A stretch of DNA of 64,000 nucleotides, from assembly GCA_973851085.1 (NCBI GenBank), contig OZ316776.1, forward strand, positions 434,001 through 498,000, written 5' to 3'. The position numbers and the translations under genes were made by a program. Below, in pieces: positions 25,501 through 37,081 of the stretch. The stretch is from Ptychomitrium polyphyllum (Eukaryota). Under the pieces are notes generated by a model. That model saw only the letters and a list, made by a program, of their open reading frames with translations, made no database searches and was not told the DNA's origin. Position 1 is the first letter of the stretch; the number at the start of each line of letters is the position of its first letter.

Positions 25501-26481
25501 TGGTCGTCGGAGAGACGCACATTCTTCATCGCCGAGGGCGTGTGCGCGGGGTCTGTGAGAGCAATTCTGTTTGTCCATGCGATGGCCATGCGCATCATCC
25601 CATCATGCCCGCCATCGCGCTCCATCGCAAGGCGGCAAACTTGGGAGGGGCTGCGTTCCCGCCTGCGTGCCGCAGCGATTTTGAGTTCGGCAGCGCCACC
25701 ATAAACCTTATATGTATGTCACTGCCGCTGCCCTGCGCAGGGGCAGTGAGTGCCAGTCTCCAGGCTGTTTCGGAGCGCGGGTTTTTGGCTTCCTCTCACC
25801 CGAGTTTCGCGAGCTCCTGTGCTCCGAGTCCGTTTATAACATTCCCTGGCTTGCAACCGGGAGTTGGGTTCGGGGGTTTTGATCTAGCGAGGCTTGAATT
25901 TGTGTGTGCGCGACGAGAGTGCTGGTAGGAAGGTTGCTGCTGGGTTGTGGGCGTTTTGGGTCGTGTTCAGCGGCTGACCGGGCTGCATGAGTGTGAGTGA
26001 CTCGGTGGGTTGTGGCGGGCGCTGGTTTTGCGGGGGTGGTGGTGTGGAGGCCGTTGTGGGGGAATTGGGGTGGCAGTGGATAATGTGATGGGAGTGCCGC
26101 TCTGCTGGGTCTTATCGGGGTGGGTGTGCTTGTGAGGGAGGCCGATGCAGCAGAGCGTGTTCGTGAAGGCGCGTACACAGTGGGGAGAATCCGGAAGTGT
26201 TTGAGATAGTGCGTGTCGTTTCTTTCTACTTTCTCCGCCGTGTTCTGGGATCGGAGCTGGGCATCTGGCGCGGAATTGTCCGGCGCTTCGATTCGGCAAC
26301 GCGAGTCGTTGACATTCGGCTGCAGAGGCAATGCTCTAGGGCGAGCCGATGGTTCATGTGCGACCCCGGCGAGTTTTGTCGTCGAGCCTCCCCTAGCAGC
26401 CGCATAGCGGGAAGGAATCTTGTATATAGAGGTCGACGGGAAGCGGCGCTGAAAAACCGCACTGCGTGGCTGGAATCCGTC

Positions 26482-26499
26482 ATGTGCGTGTGGCTGTGA
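26482..26499 (+). promoter_or_regulatory. 5-codon uORF (MCVWL*) upstream of cyclin copy 1 (also 40200-40217 in copy 2)
   Basis: cgtc ATG TGC GTG TGG CTG TGA, ending 60 nt before the main ATG. A counterpart MCVSP* precedes the minus-strand paralogue. Confidence 0.6.
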
Positions 26500-26559
26500 G
26501 CTGTCACGTACGCTCAATTCTGAGAAGCAGTGTTTGCTAAGTTCGCGACGGCATCGACG

Positions 26560-28386
26560 ATGGCGGGTGAAGGCGGGAGGCGGGCTCTGCGTCCGCGGGC
26601 GTCGACTTCGACAGCGGCAGCGGCGGCTCCATCGGACAATGTGAGGCAGACGAGGGCGGCCACGAAGCGATCGGCAATGGACGACTCCGGGAGCGGGAGC
26701 ACCGTGCTGCATCCGCGGAAGCGAGCCGTGCAGCCGTCGGGCAGGCGCGCCCCTCTGACGGACATCTCGAAGCTGGTGAATGCTGCCCCAGCTGGTGGGT
26801 GCCCCGAGCTGGGCGTGGGAGGCGATTTGAAGTGCGAGGAGCTGAAGTCGAAGCCAATTGCGGAGGGCGACGAGAACGCCGTCCCCGAGAGCAGCGAGCA
26901 GGTGTGTGCGAAGACGGCGGCGCAGGAGGCCGAATTGGATTCTCACGCAACATCGGATGCCGCTGGAGCGGAGCAGGAGTCGAGGAGCAGCTCGTCGGCG
27001 GTGGCATCTCTGGAACGGCGGACGTCGCACGCGCTGTTCATATCGAAGGAATCGAAGGATCGCGCGAAGCAAGGCGACCTGTTCAACGACAAGTGCTCGG
27101 AGGAGACGTCGCCGTGGTCGAGCGGGGTGGCGTTCCAGGACATCGACACCGACCACTCGGACCCTCAAATGTGCACCACGTACGCGGCGGACATCTACAT
27201 GCACCTGAGGATGGCCGAGGTGAGGAGCTGGATTCCAATTCTTCGGGTTTTTTGCTCGGGCCACCTGTCCTCCACTGGAGCAACATACAGGCTGCCTCTC
27301 GATTACTGCAAGTAGTGGCCCTGTCGGGGCTGGACGTGAATTGACGGTCGTTGGTGTCGTCCTTGCGCAGGTCAAACGGAGGCCGACGACGAACTTCATG
27401 GAGACGATGCAGAAGGATATCAATCCGAGCATGAGGGGAATCCTGATCGACTGGCTGGTGGAGGTGGCGGAGGAATACAAGTTGGTCCCGGACACGCTGT
27501 ATCTGACGGTGGCGTACATCGATCGGTTTCTGTCGTGCAACACGGTTTCGCGACAGCGGCTGCAACTATTGGGCGTGTCGTGCATGCTGATCGCTGCGAA
27601 GTACGAGGAGATCTGCGCGCCGCAGGTGGAGGAATTCTGCTACATCACCGACAACACGTACCGACGCGAAGAGGTAGGCACCAGGGTGGGAGCTCCCGGG
27701 GTAACCCTAATCTCGTACGAATTGGGCGGGCAGTGTGGCGGGTTCGTTGCGAAACCCTAACGGTGGGATTGTTGGGGGGATCCGAGCAGGTGCTGGAAAT
27801 GGAGAGGAAGGTGTTGAGGGAGCTGAAGTTCGAGCTGACGACTCCGACGACGAAGAGCTTCCTGAGACGCTTCATCCGAGCGGCGCAGGCGAGCTGCAAG
27901 GCCCCGACGCTGGTGCTGGAGTTTCTGGGGAACTACCTGGCGGAGCTGACCCTGCTGGAGTACGGGCTGCTGGGATTCCTGCCGTCGATGGTGGCCGCAT
28001 CCGCGGTGTACGTGGCGAAGCTGACGCTGGACCCGTCCGCGCATCCGTGGGATGCGACGCTGCAGCATTACACGGGGTACACGGCGTTGGAGCTGGAGAA
28101 GTGCGTGAGAGTGATTCATGAGTTGCAAAGGAATACTAAAAACTGCACGCTTCCTGCTGTGCGAGAGAAGTACAGGCAGCATAAGGTATTTGTGCTGCAT
28201 CCTGTTTTACCGCGTCGTGGAGGGCATAATGTGGTTTAGGGTTGAGGTGGTGTGGGCGAATTAGCGTCGGGGAGGTTTGGAAGCGTGTGGGTGACCATTG
28301 TTGATGTGGTGCAGTTCAAGTGCGTGGCGACGTTGACGCCTCCATCGGTACTGCCGGAGTTCTTCGAGGACCGGGAATGCTGCTGA
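26560..28386 (+). CDS. CYCA: A-type cyclin, copy 1 (~476 aa)
   Basis: Exons 26560-27219, 27371-27673, 27790-28185, 28315-28386. D-box RAPLTDISK; DPQMCTTYAADIY; cyclin box [18 protein letters not shown]...KYEEICAP; ends FKCVATL...FFEDRECC*. Confidence 0.95.
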
Positions 28387-31300
28387 TGCTGTGGAGCGTC
28401 TGGCGACAGCGCAATTCTCCGCAAGCGCCACTAACCTGCTGTCAGAGGTGAACGCTGGTTCGGGCGTGGGTGTGCTTTGCAAGATGACAGCATGGGCATC
28501 TGGGGCGAAGGCGGTGGGGGGCGGAGCTGACAGTGTGGTGTCGTGGGGATGCAGTTCAAGCGAGTGTGACCGCCAGTGCCATCGACTGCTGTGACCCCCA
28601 GAGGGACCGAGGACCGTGAGCGAAGATGGTTCCGAGGTTGTGTCAACAGTCGGAGATCCGGTTCAACTTTGTGCAGCGGACCGGGGACGGGAGCGGAGGC
28701 GATCGGAGGCGGCCTTCTCCGGTCCGTTGAGGGGTCCGTCACGTAGGAGCTCTATTTCCTAGGTCAGGAGTAGGTGTGAGATTCGGAGACCTGAGTTGGT
28801 TATTTATTTTGTGATGGCGGATGCTGTCGAGTGGAAGGCAGCGCATGCCGACTGTGCGACGTGAGATATCGTGAAATCTCGATCCGACTTGCACAGCTTT
28901 TGCAGATTTGTATAAAGGGATCTTGTCGTTCGGATACGCATATACGTAACATACATACTTGTGGTTCGTGCTGGCGGCGAGAGGGAGTTCGCCGGGGAGT
29001 GGGCTTGGACGGCATGCTCATGACCCCTGCGGTATGTAGACCTTGCAGTTTTAGAATGGCACCCGCAGAGGGTGAGGTCGGGGAAATTTACGTGTAGAGA
29101 ACCAGGGGATTACTGACAGAGTGACCCGACGGTCACGAAGGTGAGACGTCGGGGCCCATGAGAAATGTGCATGGGAAGAAATCAGAAAATTGTGTAAAAT
29201 TTTTGACACTTTCATTTATGAATTTGGATTGTAGTTATCATGTTGATGTTATGGAGATTTGTTATGTGTTGTGGGCTTTGCGGTACGATGTCGATGGGTG
29301 TTTTTGGGTTTGCTTCGTTGTCCACAGTCTGAGGTTGTGAATTCTGTGTTTGTTGAGTTTATGGTGTTTTTTATCGGGTGTGTAGCTTGTTGTTGTGTAA
29401 AAGCTTATATTAGGCTTATCGTCGGTGATCTGTATCTGAGTGTAGAATACTGCGTGTAGTGTAAGATCTTCGTTTATTAGACATTTGATGATGTTTTTTG
29501 TTATATAGGTTGATTGGATATTTGACAATGTTTTTTGTTCTGTAGGTTGATTGGACATTTTTATCACGTTTCTTCAATGTAACTTGATTCAACTTTTGCT
29601 AGTTTATTAGAAGTGGAAGTATTGAGTTTTTTTGTTTCTGTCTTTACCTGGTCCGTTTGTTTTTATTTCGTGATATCATGTGTCTTCGTTGCTGCTGTTT
29701 GTTAAGGGCTTTAGTGTGGTGAGTTCTGTTTTTGTAAACTGTTATGAAAACTGATCATGATTCTTAACCTTTGAGCGTGGTTAAGACTTGGAGTATAAAG
29801 CTGGTGCCAGCTGGGTTGGTGTAAGAATACAGTTGAGGGTGTTGATTTTTCTGCCAGGGTCTGCTGAACTGCAACTTTTAACCACCCTCTAAGCTGTCTT
29901 TTGTGATTAGTGTAGGCTTCAGCACTCAAATGTGAGGCCTCAGAATTGGACGTAGTGTAGCACTTTCTGTCTAGTGTCATAATGGCAGAAGTGTTTTCCT
30001 TATGGAGGTAGATGTGTGAAATAGTGGACATCTTCATCCACAGACCTCATCTGTGTGCTGATGTGGAAGGACTTGAGCAAGTGCAGAGGCCTTGGTGTGT
30101 GAACCTTTGCAGGGAAGGTCATGTTTTTGAACATTGCATGTGAACTCAGGCAGTGTTGTGGAAGAGGATCTGCGCACTTCAATGGCCGGTGATTCAGGTA
30201 ATGTTGTGAAAGGAAAGCTGGCCACTTCCATGGCCGGTGCACCCATGCTCTCAGTTAGTATGTCGTCTGCAGTGAGCATGTTAGAGCCAATGCTCAGAGA
30301 CTGGGCAAAACTTCTGAGCCCTGCATGCTCCAGGCCTCATCATAGCAGACAGTTAGTACATGTTTGGCTAATTAGTATTTTGTAGAAATATTACAAACTA
30401 GTATACTAAATGTTAAGATAATTGTGTATATAGTAATTTTACTCGAAGGTGGTATACCACATGCCAGCTGGGTTTTATATGGATTTTTAGATGACATGTT
30501 ATTATATTGTTTAGTAATTTGGCTCTAAAGTGCCAAAGTTGCTCTTTGTGATCCAATGTTATTATTTGAGATTATAATTTTCAATACTGATTATCAAACT
30601 CAAATTCTATGAATTTCTAAAATTTTGAAGAGTTGCATGCACAATATATAAAGAAATTAATTATTTAAAAATGTGTTACATAGTCACGTATAAAATTCTG
30701 TCACTTTGTTGATTAAATCTTTTATTCCTTTTGAAAACATTTTCTGGAATATAATTCAATAAATGAAGTATTTTCTAAGTCCATTAATTAAAATTGATTA
30801 GTGACAAATCTTTGACATGAATAGAAAGTTGGTTAAATATTAAAAAGGTTCTTCAACATTATACAGTATGAGTTTGAAAAGGTTATATATGAATAGATCA
30901 AATAAAAAGTTTTAATTCATTGATAATTGATTAGATGTGTAAATGGATTTATTAATTGATGTAACATTTTATTTGTAGATTTATTGAAGTTCTAAGCTAT
31001 TATACATCATAATACTCTTAAAAACACTCTAATTATGAAAAAACAAGGAAATCTAATAACATACTCTAAATAAAAAGTTCCATGGACATATGATCTAAAA
31101 TTCTGTTGTGAGTGTTTTAAAACCACTTAAACTTATATGCCAAATAATCCAAAAATTATTAAAATGCTAATTAATTAATTTTGAAAATAAATAATCCATT
31201 TCATTTTTGATAAGTTACAATAGACGTTGAACTATTTTACTTTCTTTTATAAAAAAAATATTCTTAAATGCATGGCCTAAATTCTATCAAAAACTCAAAA

Positions 31301-31825
31301 GATTGGATGTGTATTGTTTTATTATGTTTAATTTTGGAGCCTTTTATTTCTCAATACTTATCTTAAACAAAACAATTAATATTTAACTGTCTTTTCTATA
31401 AATCATTCATAGAATTTATTCAAATCAGAAAATATTATTTCCTCATTGTCATTTCAAAAAAATGATTTTATAATGTTGATTATAAAAACAACACTTTTAA
31501 AGTTGAAACTTTCATATGTATGAAAATCAAATACAATTTTTTATAAATACATTATAAATGATTCCAATTTAATTACATTTGGATTTAAAAGAAAGAATCT
31601 TATGTTACTTTGCAACTATGGCTTCATTTTTTATATTATTATTTAATATCATAATTAATCAAACCATGCTTATTTAATATTCTACTTATTACAATATAAG
31701 GGATTCTCAGTAATATAATGAATGAGTTCTTTAATTTTTTTATTTGTAAATTTTTAATATTTGATAAATAAAAATCATGTGAGAATTGTAAGACAAACTT
31801 GATAAAATTGTTTTTAGATGATGAG

Positions 31826-32970
31826 TGTCGCGCACCTCTCCTTGAGGAGTGCCCGCAACACTAAGGGCACAAGGGGGACCCCGGAGTGACGTCCGGGACT
31901 TGTGGCGCCGATAGTGAGAGGAACCAAGTGGGCCTAGCATGGAAAGGACCCCTAAGGGGTAGAAACATCCTTGCCCATGTAGATCGAGGGCCACGAGGGA
32001 TAGATGGCGGGCATTGGAAGAATCACAAAGAGCTGATTCTAGAATGCTAAAGATTGTCCAAATCGGACAAGAGAGCTAAAAGTTATGGCATCCCGAAGTT
32101 GGAGTTGCTAAGGGGCTATTCTGGACTGTGGCAGCCCCACACACTGACTAAACTGGAGTGGGACAGTCCAAGGAGGGACTCCCTGGGAGTCCCAAACCTT
32201 GGGAGAGGCGTATCTCCCACAATACTAACTCAAATTGGACGTCTGAGGAGTCTATCGGCATCTACGCGAAGAGTAGATGGCGATAGAGTAGTTGCTTGAT
32301 ACATTCAGGCACCGGATGAGGAAGATATGGCTCCCTAAAGGTCCGCTGGGAGTCCCAGAGGCTTCCAGCGGCTAAGTCCCAAGGGAGATCGGGTGGTCTT
32401 CCAAAACTCTAGATGTGTCGGGGTTCAGCTAGCTACAGAGGGCCAGGGGGCCTGCCGAATCCCACAGAGAGTACTATAAGGGAGGGCTGGTCCCCCTCCC
32501 GACTTCCCTAGTGTCCCGGTAGAGACCAAGGGTGAGTCCCGGTTAGAGGAGCTAGTGTTGGAGCTTCACCACGGGGACTCCCACACCATTGTGAGCCGGT
32601 AGATGGCCGGTTTCACGGAGGGAATTAACACGTTCAAAAGGGTACGCTTGTTACCACTAAGTTGGGGTGGTGTCTTCACGTCGGCACCATGATGGCCCAG
32701 GATGATCTTAGGAGCACATGGGCATCATGAGTGGTGGTGAGGAGACACCACTAAGTGCGCTTAGGCCGTGTGGAATGGGAGTAACACCAAGTGAGGCCTT
32801 GGACATGAATGGAAGTCCGCACCTAACCGTTGGCTACTAATAAATTGGGTGTTCTAAGAGAAATGGTAGAAAGATTTGGAAAGTGAGAATGAGAGTTAAC
32901 CATGTGCATGTGGGGGTGTACAGGTTGACGCGCGTGACGCTTGCTAAGGTGCATTACAAGGGTTGCGACA
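31826..32970. mobile_element. Intact solo LTR (1,145 bp) with perfect 5-bp TSD
   Basis: TGTCGC...GCGACA inverted termini, with ATGAG directly before (31821-31825) and after (32971-32975). Same family as 9122-10267. Confidence 0.95.
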
Positions 32971-35900
32971 ATGAGTGTAATATACAAGTTTTGAGTGAGA
33001 ACTTAAATAAAGAAAAGATGCTTGTTAATTTAAAAAATAGTAATATACCAAATGAATTCTTTATATTCAAATGGATGTTTAATTTTATTCATTTGAATCA
33101 ATGATAAATATATTTTTTGAATGCAATGTAATAGCAACTTTGAATTTTAATAAATTAATTGTGCATATTTAAGGCTAATTTGAATCAATGGCATTGAAAG
33201 ATAAATTGAAAATGAAAATGATATTTGAAAACAATATGAATTAAAAATTCATATAATTGGACCTATTACTTATAAAATTTTAAATATGCTGTAAGAAAAA
33301 TTATAAGTTACCAATCTGTACAATTAGAGGTAAATATTATGAGCCATTATAAGTGTATTATATTAATATATGTTGTTTTAAAATTATTTTTAAAAAGGTT
33401 GTAAAGTTTTGACAAAGTCAACAAAGTCTATGTATCTTTTAATAGAATGCCTTATATTCTTAGGTATATACATAATTTTATAAGATATGACAACTTCACA
33501 ATTAAATGACATATTCAAGCATTATCAAAAGTAAATAAACAGAATTAAAAAATAACAATCTAATGAAAATAAAAACTACTTTACTTATGGATTGTTCCCT
33601 GAAAAAAATAGCCTTTATTGCATTATTTAGATAGACCATTTCAAATTCAACGTAGTAATTATAATTCTAGTTTATATTTATTGAAATCAAAAAACAAATT
33701 CCAAATAAAATATAAATCATATAGAAGTAAAATCAAAAATAAAAATTTGATTGATTGAAACACATGGTGTTTTAAAATATTTGACATAAGATCCTCATTT
33801 GAATAGTTAATAAATAACAAGAATATTTTGCTATTACGTAATAAAATATATACTAGAATTTAACAAATAATGAAACTTATTCAATTGTAAAAATCCAAAA
33901 AAAAACCACCAAAGTTTTTTAAAATTTATTAAATTCTTTTGCTTAAATTTAATCACACAACAAATATTAAAAATGAAAAAAAAAAAAAAATATCAAAAAT
34001 ATCAATTTCTTTTTTTTATTGATTTCAAATAATTTTCTTTCTTAAAGATTTGTAGCAATAAAGATAATCAATTTAAAAGAATTTTACAGTAAATTATAAT
34101 GGATTAAATTGTTCAATGTGTGCTTTGGACAAAATATATAATTAACTTGTTTATTGAATATTGTGAAATCTAATATTATGAAACTACCTTTTGTTAACAA
34201 GAATATATTTTGAAACCAAATACAATACAAAATAGATTAAAAAAATGAATTAAGATAAAAAAAACTTTTTAATAATGCAAAGTGATAATCAACTTGTTTC
34301 TTTATTTTAATATAAAATTATAATAATAATACGTTTTTATTCAATTGAATGAAAGATGTAATAATGTGTTGATACATGTATGTTTTTTATGTAAAAAATA
34401 AAAAATAAAAAATAAATTCTTATTAAGAATGTGATTCTTTATTATCAATAAGCTAATTTGCCATATAATTGCAATTATTGTTTGAAGATGATAAAATAAC
34501 TTAAGAATATAATTTAAATTATCAAAAATGCATTCAAAACACAACTGCTTATAAAAGTTGATTTTTTAATTTATATAGAAGAAAATCCTTTCTTTGCAAT
34601 AATGTTTAATACAAAATTATAAATATATGATGTAAATATTGTAAAATACAAAGTAATGACACGTTTGTTACCAAAATTAAATACAAAAAAGAATTAGGCC
34701 TTTTAAATATATAATAGAAAACAAAAAAAATAATAAAGATTCTTATAAACTTTGTTTAAACTGCTTATTTTGCAAGGATATATTTATACAATTATAATTT
34801 TATAATGAAGGATTTGTTGAATATGCTTTTATAGATGAAACTAAATGTTCCAATGCATCTCTTATAGAAGTTTGCTTATCATATAAATAAACAGTTACAA
34901 GATTCATTATTAATTATTTTTGAAGGTGTACATAATGAAAATTTTAAAATTCTATTATTTTTAATGACTATCTTTGAATTCAAAAAAAAATTAACAATAA
35001 TGCCAAATTAAATTTATTTACATAATGAAACTTTATACCTATAGGCCAACTTCAATATAAAAATGCCAAATAATTAATTAAATATAAAGAATTCAACTTA
35101 ACAATTGCAAAATGTAGAAACTGAAATTGGAAATTTTTTGTCATATTTTCAAGCGTGAATGCATAGGATATGGTTTGGAATGATCAAATATAGATCCCTT
35201 GATTCCAAAATAGCTTTATACATAAATTAAAAAACATTTTATGCAATCAATCAATCTCCATATTGGTACCCAGCTATTTGTATCTATTGCTAACAGAAAT
35301 TTTGGTTTTCAATTTGTTTTGAATATATATATCTAATGTTTTTACAACATTTTGGTAATATGACCTTTTAAGTTTAATGATAAAATTAAATCTCTTATCA
35401 TAAACACTACTTTATAAATGTCATGCAAAAATGTTAATTTTTTTAATGAATAAATTTCAATTATAGCTAAAGCCATATTAGTATTATTTTTATTATTATT
35501 AGTATTATCATTTATGAAAACAGTAAAATAATAAATACAACTATTTGTGAACATAGATGTAAAAAATTCCCAACATATAAATGGATTATAATTTAGAAGT
35601 TTTTCCAATTCAAACTCATTGTAAGTAATAGATTCGGGCTCTTTCTATTATTTCAAGATGTATGAATCTGCATGTATTTGAATATTTGAAAAAAAGAAGT
35701 TATTAATTAACTTAATAGCATTTTTTCATAAATAAAAGAAATTAAAAATAATAATAACCAAAAAAATTTAAAATCCAAATCATTTGAAAAAATTAAAAAA
35801 TTAAAATTTTGAATATTTAAAAATTGTACAAATTCAAACAAAATATGACTTCAAATTGACTTCAAAACCATTCTAAAAGAACTGTAACATACTCATAATA

Positions 35901-36730
35901 CCATTCACACCAAGTGCATACACATTCACTTCAAAGAGCCATTTTAACTTTATTTGAAATTCAAAGGTTGTAATATCAAAAAAAATTAACTATTTCAGCA
36001 AGCATTATACATACAATATTATAGTAATCAATAATTTTTATAATAATGATTATATAAATTTTGGCTCTTACATAAAATTGTATAATTTCTTTTAAATACG
36101 TTTTTGTAAAATTTTTCAAAACAAATGGTAAATTTCAAATTAAATTACAAGAAACAAACTAAGCTAATTATCATATAATTCCATTTCTGTATTAGGAAAA
36201 ATCTTGTTGATATTGGATTTTCCAAATGATGTTTCATAGAACTTTAAGTAACTGATTATTATTTATTTAATTATTTCATATTGATTATCATCCTTCTAAT
36301 TGTTAGCTTACAACAAAATTCAATAATAAACATGTATTTAAGCATTAAAAAATCGTAGCTTTATCTTTTTTAAATTAGACTTCGATTTTTGGTATTTTTC
36401 AGTTTAAATTTGTTAATCTAATTCCAAGAAGATGCATGAGAGTGTATGAGATATAATTTTCAAATAACATGCAAATTATGATGTTGGAAATTGTATATAC
36501 ATATTTCCCTGCACACATTTTCCCTATTACTTTCAAAGTACCACACAAGTAGAATTATCATGCTTTATTTGTAAATTTCTACATTAATTCATATTTTGGA
36601 TAGAATGATAATTTGAATAATGATTTATATGTGGAAATTTTATTTATTGTTTGATGGAAAATTGAAGCTTTTTGTAAAACTTTAATTTAAATTGTATTAA
36701 AATTTGATACTTGATTTAGCCATCGTAGAT

Positions 36731-37081
36731 TGTTGGATATTGCGGACAAAATAACAATGAGGTAAGGTTTCAAGATATAGAATAAGGTATTTCCAAAATA
36801 TATTGGATGCAAAGAACTACAATAAGGTACAAAAATCAGGAGGCTTGAACTAGACTACAATAAATATTATATTAAGACTAAAGATCTCTTTAGCCTTAAT
36901 TCCTATATTTATTATAAATTCAAGCTTTGGAAGCTTCTTGAAAAGCTTCACATACAATGCTTCATACTCAAGTAACCTTGGCTTGCTTTCTCGCAAGCTT
37001 CTTTACCCAAGATAACTTCCTGGGCCTTCTTAAACCTTCAAGGAACTTTTTTAAAAGCTTCTAATATTTATGTTTGTAACA
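36731..37081. mobile_element. Probable old solo LTR, loosely similar to the chromovirus LTRs
   Basis: TGTTGG...GTAACA termini. Internal tatatttattata and aagcttc/ggaac motifs fall in the same order as in 16535-17010. No clean TSD. Confidence 0.45.

Larger units (their letters stand above)
25235..29226 (+). repeat. ~4 kb segment, copy 1, apparently identical to 38953-42944
   Basis: Every ORF within this interval recurs with identical translation at +13,718. Identity begins at atgagaagcgagcgcggg and breaks down after tttatgaatttg. Confidence 0.97.

Noticed and set aside
25834..27585. 583-aa minus-strand ORF (and its twin at 39552-41303)
   Set aside because: Antisense shadow of the GC-rich cyclin gene. 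It is Arg/Pro-rich with no domain, and is not preserved opposite copy 3.
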